A stretch of DNA of 39,677 nt, taken from NCBI GenBank assembly GCA_013239625.1, contig MU056000.1:15404851-15444527 (forward strand), written 5' to 3'. Both the position numbers and the translations under genes were made by a program. Origin of the DNA: Lama guanicoe (taxonomy: Eukaryota). Positions 13,065-26,152 of the stretch are shown here, piece after piece. Position 1 is the stretch's first letter. Each line of letters opens with the position of its first letter. The notes below the pieces were generated by a model. It was not told the DNA's origin, searched no databases, and was given only the letters and a program-made list of their open reading frames with translations.

Positions 13065-13215
13065 GGTACACTGGTTCCAACATCAATATCCATTAATAAC
13101 CTAGGTATCTTGTTTAAAAAAGAGATTTCTTGGCAGTAATTCTCAAAATTCTGATCCAGTATGTCTTGAATGGGGTCCAGGAATACTGTCCCAGGTGATT
13201 CTGATGCAAGTAACC
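13065..13215. mobile_element. MER5-like hAT-Charlie DNA transposon relic
   Basis: 'ttctgatccagtatgtcttgaatggggtccaggaat...cccaggtgattctgatgca' matches MER5 motifs as recalled. Confidence 0.6.
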
Positions 13216-13659
13216 GTTGAAAAGTTAAAGAACAGTAGTAAAAAAAGAAAGGCCAACCTGTACGTCCATTCTCAATAAATGTGCATGTGGCTTACAGTGC
13301 TCTTTTGAAGAAACACTGGCCAAATTAGAAAGCAATGTCTACTGCTCACCACTGCAGAGAGTCTGGAGTCAGGCCTGTCACTTGATACTAGTGAGGTTAA
13401 CCGTGGTCACCCAGGTGGATACGATGTAACCCAGTCAGTGCTGGCTTATAGGAATGCAGGTCCCTGCGAAACTACCTTCCAGACCCGCCAGCTGGGGAAA
13501 GCTGGGGAAGTGACATATGCCTCTTTGGACATATATTAAACTGGGAACACGTAGAAACAGCAGGAATGAGGATTGGTTCAAAAACGCACCTGAAAAACTT
13601 TGCAGTTTCTCAGTGAGGCATTTAAGGCTCTCTTTGATAAGTCCTCAGGTTTCCTTTCT

Positions 13660-13919
13660 TTTATGCTTTTTTTAAAATTGAGATATAATTGACAGCTAGT
13701 GTTATATTAATTCAAGTGTATAACACAATGATTTAATACTTGTATCTATCTTGAAGTGGCTATAGAAGTGGGGGTGAGGGGGTGGAAAAGGATGAAGGTG
13801 ATCAAAATGTGCAGACTTCTAGTTATAAACTAGATCACGTGTAGGGATGTAATGTACTGCTTGGTGACAACAGCTAACAACCTTGAACCTTATATTAGGA
13901 AGTTTCTCACAGAGTAGAT
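13660..13919 (-). mobile_element. Short L1 3' end with 5' inversion (twin-priming type)
   Basis: 13667-13760 is the L1 terminus plus poly(A) on the minus strand. 13765-13920 is the upstream 3'UTR part in the opposite orientation. Flanked by ctcaggtttcctttct (13644-13659) and ctcaggcttcccttct (13920-13935). Confidence 0.7.
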
Positions 13920-14317
13920 CTCAGGCTTCCCTTCTGAATGCATTTTCTCTAATCCGCTTACAAAGTCTGGACACCAGCTGAGCTACTCTACTTGTAAAAT
14001 CTCATCTGTCCATGAACTCTGATACCTCTCTGCCTTTGCTGAAGATGTTTCTTTAACCTAGAATGTCCTTCTTTCCTCCCTCTCAATATCTTTTTCATCT
14101 CTTAAAGATTTAGCTCAAATGATAATTTTTATATGACATACTATGTTTATGCTTTGGCAAATAATTATTTTAATTATTTTCTCTCCTACAGCACTTTGTG
14201 TTTTGGTTGTATACTTAATGAATTCAACACAAAATTTTCAGGCCTTGTGGTCAAGTCACATGGTCTCTTGATGTTCTGCACTTTGAGAGAGACTTGTCTA
14301 GTTGCCAAGAGCCACAT

Positions 14318-14445
14318 ATGGTAGGCAACTTGTTGAAACAGCTTCCTGACATCCACATGAGTTACCTTCATGTAATGCTCTGCCCTTAAGTGAGGGCTGG
14401 ATCTAATGATTTGCTTTTACTCAATAGAATGGGGCAAAAATGGCA
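14318..14445 (+). mobile_element. MaLR (MLT1-like) LTR 5' fragment
   Basis: 'atgtaatgctctgcccttaagtgagggctggatctaatgatttgcttttactcaatagaatggggcaaa' resembles the MLT1 5' consensus. Confidence 0.55.
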
Positions 14446-14475
14446 CCACCAATGTCAGAATTGACATCACATCAC

Positions 14476-14820
14476 TTTTGCAGGGGAGCAGGACACTAAT
14501 TGAACAAGACAAATCCCATGGAGCCATCTGACTGCTTCGGCTCCTCCTTCCTTGTGCCCTTCTTCTCTGCCGAGGCCAGGGCTGAACCAGCAGCAGGAGT
14601 GCAGACTTGCCCTCTGGAGGTGGGCACGCTGCCAGCTTGTGGATACCCTGGGCAGTGACACCTTCAGTGTTTTTTCCTGTCAGCTCACTGATGACCTTGT
14701 TAGCAGGTCATTGTCCGCCTCATCAATGCCCATGCTGTCCAGGATCTTCTTTACATCCTTGGTGCTGGGAAGGGTGTTGCCGCCAAGGGCAGCCATGAGG
14801 TGAGAGGCAGCATCGTGAAG
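14476..14820 (-). pseudogene. RPLP2: Processed pseudogene of 60S acidic ribosomal protein P2
   Basis: Minus strand reads HDAASHLMAALGGNTLPSTKDVKKILDSMGIDEADND/NKVISELTGK/NTEGVTAQGIHKLA/...KEEPKQSD/MGFVLFN*, against RPLP2 MRYVASYLLAALGGNSSPSAKDIKKILDSVGIEADD...MGFGLFD. It is intronless, has lost the start codon and has several frameshifts. The 3'UTR remnant 'tcctgctcccctgcaaa' follows the stop at 14496-14498. Confidence 0.93.
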
Positions 14821-15289
14821 GTAGACAACATTTTTCTACATACAGGGATATTACCCAAAAGGATCCTTCACATTGACGTCTTGTAACTTGAGACTGATAC
14901 AGTAATTAACACTTATTGGACACAGATAGAAATCTACCTATCAACAACACTGCCACACACATAATATTGCACATGTATTTCCCAATTTTCATCTTTTGAG
15001 TCTTTGTATTTTATTTCTAGAATGCAAATTCACTATTGAATTCTAATAGGTAAGCAGTCTAACGAGTTTAAAGATAGGTAGATAGGTTAAATAGACAGAT
15101 GCCAAGATTAAAAATAATTTCAGTTCAATGACACATACACTGCAAATATATATATATTTTTTACTATATTTACTTTAGCTATCCATGCATGTGAAATTCT
15201 CCTTGATTAATTTTACTGTTAACTTGTTTAAAGTCCAGTAAAATGAAGTATAGGAGAGTGAATCCGTGTCCCTGTGAAATTGTGTTTTG

Positions 15290-15430
15290 GAGTGAGTGAT
15301 GGGCTCCAATACTAGCTTGGTCATTATTGCCTGTGTGACAAACGAAATATCTCAGCCTCCATTTCCTCCCTCCTACAGTGTGGACAGTAATAACCTGAGT
15401 GAATGTATATAAAACTATTAGAATAGTTTG
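15290..15430 (+). mobile_element. MIR SINE fragment
   Basis: 'ctcagcctccatttcctccctcctacagtgtggacagtaataacct' is MIR core-like. Confidence 0.5.
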
Positions 15431-18399
15431 GTTTGCTAGTTTATACTTACTTCCTATTTTCCTAGAAAAACTAGGTACTTTTCATTTGGTCTAAGAATGT
15501 AATTTCACGGCTAACTATTTGCCACATAGGCAGAAGAAACCCTTCAGAAAATTCAACTTAAAAAACCTATTTATTTTTGTTTAAATGCTTCATTACTTAA
15601 CAGTAATGGTCAGTATAAACCTTTTGCAGCTTTCCCCTGGAGACTACGTGAGAGTACACTTAAATCTGAAGTCCCTGGAATCCAACATAAATTGCATAGT
15701 TATAACATACTAAAATAATTTTTGGATCCATTTCTAACTACTCTTAAACTATCCTTAAGAACAGACTTCAGTCTTAGTTCTAACCCACAACCAAAAACGC
15801 TTTGCACAGAAATGATGTTCTACAGAAGTTTATAAAAATTAGATGAATTTATGCTGAGACTAATTATAGTTAAAAATCTGATTTTTCTGTACATATGAAG
15901 ATGATATCACTTGCATTATGTCGATGTAGAAAAAAGTTAAAACAAAGGAGATTTAGTATCCAATAACCTTAAAAATTAATTACCCAACAATTTAATCCCA
16001 ACTCAACACCAGATACTTACATACATTTTTCCCAGAATAGCACTTAGTAAGTCAACCACTGACTTTTGACTTATTCTACAGTAAACGGAAACAACCTGTT
16101 GCCATCTGTAAACTAACATGATCAGAACAATACGTATTTTCTCTGGTATCATCCATTTATTTTATAATTATATAAAGTTCTAGGGCTTTAAGGTAGCTAT
16201 TTTCAGTTCTCGTTGCCTAGTGATATGTGCTGTACTAATACCAAAAAAACCAAAAAATTAGAAATATTTGCCTGCTGAAAGTTTCTGATAATTTGAATGA
16301 AGTGAATTTTCGGAGCTTCCATTTTCCTTTTTTAATTCTGAAGATTAGTGTCATAAAAACAGCAAAGCTGTAATGCATAAAAGAATTATTAGGAGTCTAA
16401 TACAATGTTTTGGACCTCCAACTATAGCGACACTGATTAATGACTGCTTTTTAATTAATTGGAAGTTGTTCAATCATTGTACCATTTCTTTTCATCTGAG
16501 AGTTTTTATAGAAAGGTCAGGGCCAAAACATGCTAGTTCAATCTGCAATAAGGTGTACTTACACAGTTTCGTTCCTCTCGGCAGGGCAAGTGTGGGATGT
16601 TTATTTCTCAGTCATTCACTATGCTGATGGTTTCCTGCTCAGGCTGGCTAGTTTGATCAATGAAAACAGCCTTATGTATTAAAATATGAATAAAGTTTAC
16701 TTTCAAACTCTGTGAACTCAAACAAAATGAAGCCCACAATAACCTATTCTTACTGGAGAGTCTTTAATTACCATGCGATGTGTGAACAGCCTCTTCCTTT
16801 TTCGTGCAGGCATGTAGTGTTTGTCCGACCAGACTCCTCTGAGGGCTCTACACTCCACACACTAGTCTTTGAATAGAACTGAAATGGATGAGGGGTAGAT
16901 ATTTTAGAAATATTAGCTCGACAGTCTTCTTGCATGGTGTATATGTGTGGCTTGTGAGTCGAAGTCCCAGTTCTACATATGTCCCAGAGAGGGCCAACAC
17001 AACTTATGAGAATCCACACACTGGGGTTTCCTTATGTGCATTTAGGTAAAGACTACATCCAGCAGGTCAGAGTGGAGCCAGAGTGTGCCCTAATTATACT
17101 GATAATTAACAAAACACAGTTTTCTAAGTTTGACAAAGCTAAGCTTTTAAGGAACAATGACACCACTTGCTCTGTAAGTGTGCAAACTCCCCTTCCATTT
17201 TCCAAATGGCTGAATCCCAGGCTCTGATTGGAGGGACCAGACCTGCTACTCCAGGTGCCCTCACACCGTGATGACGGTTTTGGCGGCTTTGGTACCACTG
17301 GAGAGAAAGAGACTTTAAAGCTACAAAACAGGTGACAGAAGAACTATCTGCAGGCTTTCATCCTGAGTTAAGGTACTGGACCTACCATTCCTCTTCAGAA
17401 AAAAGAAAAGGTATGAGGTTTGCATGTGCATTAATAGGAAAGTTAGGTTACATTAATAGTTTTCTAATGAATAACATTTTATTAGAACAATACGTTTGAT
17501 AAATAGAAGCTATTTGAAGAGACTACCTCTGGTCAGTTGTCACTTGCTACATCCAAGCCATTAGAGGGAATGTAATGTGGTTCCTGGAGGTCTTATACAT
17601 CATACTTAGACAATTTATGTTCATTATACTTGTCGAAGATCTTCCAAAGCTAAAGTTTATTTTCTAACTATAATATGCTTACACTGTTCCCAATATTATG
17701 GATGAATGAAATAACTGAAAACATAAAAAGAATGATGAATAACATACGTAACTGTAATAGGATGTGATATGGGAGGAAAGGAAGGATGCCTAGCATGAGA
17801 GGAGACTTCAGGAAAACAACTGAAAGAGAATGGGGGTCCTCCAAAAGGGGGAGGCTGGCATTCAGTTCAGTTCTCCTGATAGCAGTCGGCTCAGGCAGCG
17901 GACTGGATGACCTGCTCTCAGAGCCTAACTGAGCAAGAAGAACAGAGCTGAAAGAAGATGGCAGGAGAGAGAAAGCAGACAATAGAGGAGCAGCCTGTAA
18001 TGGACCTGTTTAGCCTGACAAGGATGTGTCATCTCCGCAAGGTCAAGTGGACATAACAGAAGGAAGTTGAGAAATCATGCTATTAACTCACCCAAGAAAG
18101 CCACCTGCTGAACAATGGGACCTGGGATTAAGAAGCCGTAAGATCTACCACAGGTGGGATGCTCAGAGCCCCCACCGCCAAATAACTCAAAAGGTACTTG
18201 AAGAGGGACAGTATGTGGCAGTCCACTGGGCCAGTCCATTTTAATCCTAGAAGCAGCAGCAGCGGAGGGAACACTCGGTGGAGACAGAGAAGAGAGACTC
18301 ATACTTTTCATTCCTCTCCCTCCTTTCCAGTCTAACAAATTGGACAATCAAGAGTCACCCTCACAACCAAGGAGTCAAAGTTTCAACTGATGGTGTTAC

Positions 18400-18730
18400 T
18401 GAGTTCTGCAGTTATCTACTGCCAGGTAGCAACAAACGACCCCAACATATAGTTGCTTGAAATAATTACAATTTTAGTATTTCTCATAATTTTGTGGAGG
18501 TTACAGTGTGGTACTCAGCTAGCAAGCAATCTGGCTAGATGTTCCAAGACAGTTTGACTTATATATCCAGCACTCTGGTGGGTGTGGTTAAAAGGCTGAG
18601 CTGGGCTGAGATTGTCAACCTGACCACCAGCCTCCAGCATGACAGCTTCAGAGTAGTCAGTCTTCTTACATAAAAGAGAAGAAATCCAACAAACAAGACA
18701 GAAGCTGCATGTTCTTTTAAGCTAGATTTG
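18400..18730 (-). mobile_element. MaLR (MLT1-like) LTR fragment
   Basis: 'aacaaacgaccccaacatatagttgcttgaaataattacaattttagtatttctcataattttgtgg' resembles the antisense MLT1 3' end. Confidence 0.55.
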
Positions 18731-19763
18731 CCTCTAATAATCAGTAATGTAGAAGTAATGCAATCAGCTAAAAACATCATTAAAGCCTGGGGATAAGTCT
18801 CTGATGACTCATGTTTGGGAGCAGTTGTTGAAGATGAACACAACTCTCTCATATTTACACCCCGCTGAGTTGAAACTGATCAAAAACGCCTCAGCAGAAA
18901 TGTTCACTGTTAGCTCCTCCCTGCATGAGAAGATGACATTAGCTGCCAAAGTCTTTGTACCAGACACACAAAAGGAAATAAGAAGAAAACAAAATGAGAA
19001 ATACTCAGAAGGGATTTCTCCAGATCTTTCAAGAGACTCTAAACAGGATCGGTACAAAGGACTTCTCTTACAAATAACTCTGCTGACAGCCAAATGTCAC
19101 CGCTCCCACCCTCATCTGTTACCTCAGGAAGCTGTGATAATATCCTCAACTCTTCAGCTGAACAAGTAAGACCTATAATTACTCTCAGTCGTTAGGCTTC
19201 TGTCCTGGACCAAGCAGGAACCAACACAAGGAGTCATTCTTAATAATCCTATGGAATCTGAGTGCCTTTTTGAAGAACTGCACTTAAAACTCCTGTCTAT
19301 TCCACAATGATGATCATAAAAACACACATTCTAATGAAAGGAGAGAGACAGATGAGAAGTGACTTTAAAAATGCTCTGTTCTATTTCAGAATAGAGGATT
19401 TCATGTGATGATGACTTCCTCCTGCCCGGCCTGCGAAGCTCCCAGCAACACAGACAGGGATGCAGCATGGAAGAGAAGGCAGAGCTCCGGTGGGGGTCTG
19501 AGGCTGCCGCATGGAAAGGGATGAGGTCACACAATGAAATTCACTACTAGATATTCATGCAGTCCTGCAAATAGGGCTCATTGGCAGCTGTCACAATTTT
19601 TCTGGACTTATGCTACGAGGAAAAGGCACAGGTTTCCGAGTTTCCCCAGGAGACCACTCAGCTGTCAGTCCGAAAATGAAAAACACCTCAGCAGGGACTC
19701 GTTTAAGAGCGTGAAATCCAAAGAACGGCAGCATAACATTGATTCTGGCCATGCCATACTTAC

Positions 19764-19900
19764 TAACTTTACTCGCAATTATGGAGAAATTATACTGTGC
19801 AGTGCTTTCTCTGTCGAGTAACTCATTAGTGGCGATGGTGCCTTCAGTTCCGTCTATTGTAAAGTAGCTGTCCCCATCACTCTTCCAGTCTATGAAGTAC
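19764..19900 (-). CDS. CDH12: Cadherin-12 internal coding exon (137 nt; EC4)
   Basis: Translates (R)[45 protein letters not shown](S) with the LDRE motif. Acceptor atacag|, donor |gtaagt. Phase 2 to 1, joining in frame with the 254-nt exon (AG|G = Arg). Confidence 0.96.
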
Positions 19901-20744
19901 CTGTATATAAAAAGAGCAGATGCAAATGTGCAATGATTACACATTCATCATAATGGCAGGCAGGCTAACTTGCCACAGTTCCGTATTTTTTTCTCCCTGT
20001 AGCTATTACCCACCTTGCAATAAAGAAGAGTATAAATGACAGCTTCTTTATTGCAAAGTCAGTATGCTCAAGGGGAAACTGGAAATAATGAAAGATTTAG
20101 CACCCGTGCTGTTCATATCCTTTTAGGGTCTTGACACCTTGAAAGCTCAGCAGAGACTCAAATTCTAAAGCTGACCATGGGTTTCCTTAACCTGCTGAAT
20201 ATTAAAACTTTTTCAGGCAGTAAAAATCCCTTAATGGGGGCTGTGGGAAGAGGTGGGGGTGGGGGAGACATCTGGAAATAGCTACAAAGAAGTTAAGCCA
20301 GAACAGAGGTAGCATCTTTGTTTCCGTGGGCAGAAAATATCATACTGTGGAAACTAAGAGGGAAATTTTGAAATGAAAATCCAATAATTGTAGATTTCCC
20401 TCAAACACTTATAAAAAGGCCATGGTTGCTTAGTTGCTTATTACTCTAAATATCAAGGCAACTCTCTTTCAAAAAAAAAAAAAAGCAAAGCAATGACCTT
20501 GCCTAATAATACCCTTTATCTTCTTTATTAGTTACCTTTCTTGATAATAACTGCTGTTGCCTACTTTATGTGAATCAGCTGAACTAAGAAATCCAAGCAA
20601 ATGAATAAAAAACATACTGCACTGGTATAAATTTTATGTAAGAATGTGCATAGAGAGGGACATGTAAAATTATTAATTAAACGTGTATTTTAAATCATTG
20701 TATTAGTAGATATTTTCAAATCTTACCATGTGTCAGACAGATAT

Positions 20745-20900
20745 CATTCTAAATATTTACATATGTTAATTTCATAAATTCCCACAACCCTAAAAATAAG
20801 TGTTTTTAATCTCCCCATTTTGCATTCAGGGAAACTGCCGAAGTTCACAAAGTTAGAAAGTTTTAGAGCTGATATTTGAACCAGGTCATCAATGTTTTCC
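20745..20900 (-). mobile_element. MIR SINE fragment
   Basis: 'cccacaaccct...tctccccattttgca...gaaactg...gagctgatatttgaaccaggtc' is an antisense MIR core. Confidence 0.55.
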
Positions 20901-21639
20901 ATATAAATATAATTAGAGAGTCTTACCAACTTTTAACAGATCATTCTATGTGAAAGGGCTTGGTAATCAAAGACTCAATGCACAATATATCTATGACCAT
21001 ATTTTTGGCCAGGGAATCAAGAGGAGCTCATGACAGCAGTGGCTGAAAGCAGATGACAGCATCGTAGTCAGCCCACCGAAATCCTCAGGTCACCATGAAA
21101 AGTTAGTTTAAGGCATGTATTCCAAAACAGAAATTTATTATTTTAACAAATTGCTCATTTAAAACTGAGGCAGTTTGCCTATCATTTCAGCACTAGGTCA
21201 AAACTAGTTTGCCATTATAGATGAGACTTATAACTTAACTTGCCAATATCTATTGGTAACTAATAGGATCAGACTATGAACCAAGCTTTAAATCTGCCTT
21301 TGATAATCCTATTGTTGATTTGTGAGAATGAGTTCAACATAGCATCCTGTCTCAGAGAAATGTTCTCAAAAATTATCAATGAAGGTAAGGCACATTTGAA
21401 AGCCAGGGAGCACAGGGTATAATGAACTGCATCTCTATTGCATGATGTCCTTTTCTGAACAAAAAAGCATCGTCTCACAATACCACTTTTCAGCACCTTG
21501 ATTGTTCAATTTGGGCACATGCCTAATTTAAGAGGACATGCTTAATTCAAGAGGATGTGCCCAAATTTCCTTAGTGACCACAGCATTTCTGGAAGAATTG
21601 TTGGTGTAGACTAACAATTGTTGGTGTTTAACTGTATAA

Positions 21640-22170
21640 TTTGCTAAATATTTACTAAATATTTACTGAGTGTCCACTATGCACTAGACACTGCACTAGG
21701 GTTGAAACACATACAAATTAGTAAAGCACAATGCCCACCAATGAGGAGCCTAGTTGGGAGAACACATATAGATGATTTGGGTGTCTGATAGGAGGTCAGA
21801 AAAGATGCTAAAGAAGTACAAAGAAAAGGTGCCTGGTTCAAAACCTACTGGTTCAGGTAAACCTTCCCACCCATGATGTTCTGCTGATGCTAGAAGGCTA
21901 TGCAGGAATTATTCATGAGAAGAGAGGCAGACAGAGTGAGGAGAGGGGGAAAGGTATTTCAGGAAGCTGCAACGGCAGTAGCAAAACCATGGAGTGTGTG
22001 TGTGGGGAATTACAAGGTGTTGGGAATTATGGAAAAATATCTGACAGGCACAATGGAAAAAGGCTAAGTGATTTAGGTCCAGGAGGGCCTCATAAATTAT
22101 ATTAAGGTCCTTGGACATGATCCTGTGTGGAATGAATGCTTCAAAGGGTATAAATAAGGTATGAGTTCAA
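21640..22170 (-). mobile_element. LINE-2 fragment, probably continuing at ~22850-23050 beyond the L1 insertion
   Basis: 'atatttactgagtgtccactatgcactagacactgcactagg' is the antisense L2 tail, followed by purine-rich L2 body. Confidence 0.6.
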
Positions 22171-22184
22171 ATGTAATCACTTTT

Positions 22185-22836
22185 TTCCTTAAAAAATAAA
22201 AATAGAGTTATCATATGATCCAGAGATCACACTTTCAGGCATATATATGGAGAAAACTCTAATTTGAAAAGATACATGCACCCCAATGTTCATAGCAGCA
22301 CTATCACAATAGCCAAGACGTGGAATTAACCTAAATGTCCACTGACAGAAGACTGGATGAAGAAGATGTGGTATATATATACAATGAAATACTACTTAGC
22401 CATAAAAAAGAATGCAATATGCCATTTGCAGCAACATAGATGGACCTGGAGATTGTCATACTAAGTAAGCCAGACAGAGAAAGACAAACATTACATGATA
22501 CCACTTGTATGTGGAATCTAAAAAAATGACACAAATGAACTTATTTACAATATAGGAACAGACTCACATAGAAAACAAATTTATAATTACCAAAGGGGAA
22601 AAGGGGGGAGGGATAAATTAGGTAGGTGTTTGGGATTTGCAGATACTAAATAATATATATAAAATAGAAAAACAGCAAAGTCCTACTGTAGAGCACAGGG
22701 AACTATATTCAATGTCTTACAATCATCCATAATGGAAAAGAATATGAAAAAATATATATGTAACTGAATCACTATGCTGTACACTAGCAAATAATACAAC
22801 ATTGTAAATTAACTGTATTTCAATTTTTAAAAAAGT
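22185..22836 (+). mobile_element. 5'-truncated, relatively well preserved L1 (ORF2 end plus 3'UTR) with target-site duplication
   Basis: 'aaagatacatgcaccccaatgttcatagcagcact', 'gcagcaacatagatggacctggagattgtcatactaagt', 'agcacagggaactatattcaat'. TSD taatcactttt at 22174-22184 and 22837-22847. Confidence 0.9.
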
Positions 22837-24035
22837 TAATCACTTTTACAGTATACAGTGGATGTATTTAAAGGGGACTAGACTGTGAACATTTCCTGTA
22901 GACCAGAATCTTGCCAAGAGACAAAGAGAGTAACCAGGGTTGGAAGAGATTTGATTCAATGGGTTTGATTGATTGAAATAACTAGGGCTATGCAGGCTGA
23001 AGGAAAGAGGACACGGAGGAACATGGAGCAGCCTTTAATTTGATAAGAATACTCATGTGGAGCAAGTGTTAGATCTACTTGTTAAGTTTCAGTCAACTGG
23101 AGATAGGACAGGAGAATGGAATCTGTAGATACTATGATTTAAGATAAACATAACAGAGACTTTGATGTCAGAGCTGCACGAGATCATAATGGATTTCCTC
23201 AGAAAATGATAAGCATCAGGAATTATCAAACATCGACTGTCAGAATATTTGGTGCAGATACGGTAGAACACATTTAAGCGTGATTGGAGAGTCTGAAGCT
23301 CCCTTGCAATATTGGGATTCTATTACAATTTTCTATATAGAATGAAATTTGTTTCTCTTACTATGCATGGAATGTAATACTTTCTAATTATTGTTTCCTA
23401 TTAGCACTCTGTTCTGACCTTAACAAACCTACTCTATTCCCAGCACCGTAATAGAGTCTCACTTTTCAAACATATGTTTAATTTTTTCCCAAGCTTCATT
23501 TCAGTAATAGCTTTATTCACATACTATACAATTCCCCAATTTAAACTGAACTGAAATATTCAAGAGTTGTGGAAAAGGTGATATGTTTTTAAGACATTTT
23601 AAACTTATTAGTTCATATTTCTTTCATTTAATTCCATAACTGGGGTAAGGTCCAATTATCTGGAAATCTCACTTATAGAGGATAAAACTGTGATGGTGTG
23701 AGATTCCTGTATTTCTCCTCTGCTGCTTTCTCTTACACTAAGTGAATATTTTCTAGTGGGGTGTTCATGCTTTTAATAATTCTATACTATATTTTTGAGT
23801 TATTTTCTTATTTGCACTAGATTTTACCATATACATCTTAGATTCAAATTCATACTAACTTAATTCTAATAAAATGTAGAAATGTTACTCCTATGTAGCT
23901 CGGTGTTATTATATTTATATATATACATATATAGATATAGATACAGATATACACATGTACTCACACATATACATACATATATAATACAAGTATATATTAA
24001 CATATACTGTTATCTATATTGCATTGATATAGTAA

Positions 24036-24514
24036 TGTGAACGAAAATTACTGCAAACAATATCAGCAAGCAAAGAATGCTGAAACCATCAAGCCATCAG
24101 CGGCTGCTGCCCCTCCCCAGGGAAGACAAGCCTGCAGCCAGGCCTCTGCAGCCACTCACAATGGTGTACCCTGAGGGGACTCAGAATAAGAAAGGACAGG
24201 ACACTGGCCCTAGATAGCGAGGTGCTTGTCAAAGGAATGAATTCAATGAGCCTAAATGTTTGCATCCTCCCATACATAGAAAAGCACTAAATTCTTTAAC
24301 TTGAGATGCCTGGTTTTCTATAGATAACAAGGAATCTTTTATTGTTCCAACTACCTGGTCTTTGTTGTAAAGCTCTTATATATCCTAGCTCCTCCCCTAC
24401 CTCTCCGGAGCCCTCCCTCAGAGCGATCTGAGAGGCTGTCATCCCGGCTGGGGTCTTATCGCCAAATAAAACATAAGTCTCAATTTTTAGGCTGTGCAGT
24501 TATTTCAGTTGACT
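24036..24514 (+). mobile_element. Solo ERV LTR (ERV1-like), copy 1
   Basis: Starts TGTGAAC, has TATA-like 'ttatatat' and AATAAA near 24464, ends 'ttcagttgac(t)'. 4-bp TSD gtaa on both sides. Confidence 0.75.
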
Positions 24515-24523
24515 GTAAAAAAA

Positions 24524-24979
24524 NNNNNNNNNNNNNNNNNNNNNNNNNNNNNNNNNNNNNNNNNNNNNNNNNNNNNNNNNNNNNNNNNNNNNNNNNNNNN
24601 NNNNNNNNNNNNNNNNNNNNNNNNNNNNNNNNNNNNNNNNNNNNNNNNNNNNNNNNNNNNNNNNNNNNNNNNNNNNNNNNNNNNNNNNNNNNNNNNNNNN
24701 NNNNNNNNNNNNNNNNNNNNNNNNNNNNNNNNNNNNNNNNNNNNNNNNNNNNNNNNNNNNNNNNNNNNNNNNNNNNNNNNNNNNNNNNNNNNNNNNNNNN
24801 NNNNNNNNNNNNNNNNNNNNNNNNNNNNNNNNNNNNNNNNNNNNNNNNNNNNNNNNNNNNNNNNNNNNNNNNNNNNNNNNNNNNNNNNNNNNNNNNNNNN
24901 NNNNNNNNNNNNNNNNNNNNNNNNNNNNNNNNNNNNNNNNNNNNNNNNNNNNNNNNNNNNNNNNNNNNNNNNNNNNNNA
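24524..24979. other. Assembly gap (456 N)
   Basis: Run of N. Confidence 1.
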
Positions 24980-26152
24980 AGGGGACTAGACTGTGAACAT
25001 TTCCTGTAGACCAGAATCTTGCCAAGAGACAAAGAGAGTAACCAGGGTTGGAAGAGATTTGATTCAATGGGTTTGATTGATTGAAATAACTAGGGCTATG
25101 CAGGCTGAAGGAAAGAGGACACGGAGGAACATGGAGCAGCCTTTAATTTGATAAGAATACTCATGTGGAGCAAGTGTTAGATCTACTTGTTAAGTTTCAG
25201 TCAACTGGAGATAGGACAGGAGAATGGAATCTGTAGATACTATGATTTAAGATAAACATAACAGAGACTTTGATGTCAGAGCTGCACGAGATCATAATGG
25301 ATTTCCTCAGAAAATGATAAGCATCAGGAATTATCAAACATCGACTGTCAGAATATTTGGTGCAGATACGGTAGAACACATTTAAGCGTGATTGGAGAGT
25401 CTGAAGTTCCCTTGCAATATTGGGATTCTATTACAATTTTCTATATAGAATGAAATTTGTTTCTCTTACTATGCATGGAATGTAATACTTTCTAATTATT
25501 GTTTCCTATTAGCACTCTGTTCTGACCTTAACAAACCTACTCTATTCCCAGCACCGTAATAGAGTCTCACTTTTCAAACATATGTTTAATTTTTTCCCAA
25601 GCTTCATTTCAGTAATAGCTTTATTCACATACTATACAATTCCCCAATTTAAACTGAACAATTCATTTTCATATATTCAAGAGTTGTGGGAAAGGTGATA
25701 TGTTTTTAAGACATTTTAAACTTATTAGTTCAGATTTCTTTCATTTAATTCCATAACTGGGGTAAGCTCCAATTATCTGGAAATCTCACTTATAGAGGAT
25801 AAAACTGTGATGGTGTGAGATTCCTGTATTTCTCCTCTGCTGCTTTCTCTTACACTAAGTGAATATTTTCTAGTGGGGTGTTCATGCTTTTAATAATTCT
25901 ATACTATATTTTTGAGTTATTTTCTTATTTGCACTAGATTTTACCATATACATCTTAGATTCAAATTCATACTAACTTAATTCTAATAAAATGTAGAAAT
26001 GTTACTCCTATGTAGCTCAGTGTTATTATATTTATATATATACATATATAGATATAGATACAGATATACACATGTACTCACACATATACATACATATATA
26101 ATACAAGTATATATTAACATATACTGTTATCTATATTGCATTGATATAGTAA

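Noticed and set aside
18804..19169. 121-aa ORF and the neighbouring ORFs at 17668-19534
   Set aside because: No recognisable domain or splice-supported structure, and partly overlapping LTR-derived sequence.
23900..24030. AT/AC-rich quasi-repeats as a possible spaced array
   Set aside because: Ordinary degenerate microsatellite with no repeat-spacer organisation. No CRISPR-like array was seen anywhere in the window.
24480..25067. Long ORFs of 171-195 aa
   Set aside because: Artefacts of translating the N gap.
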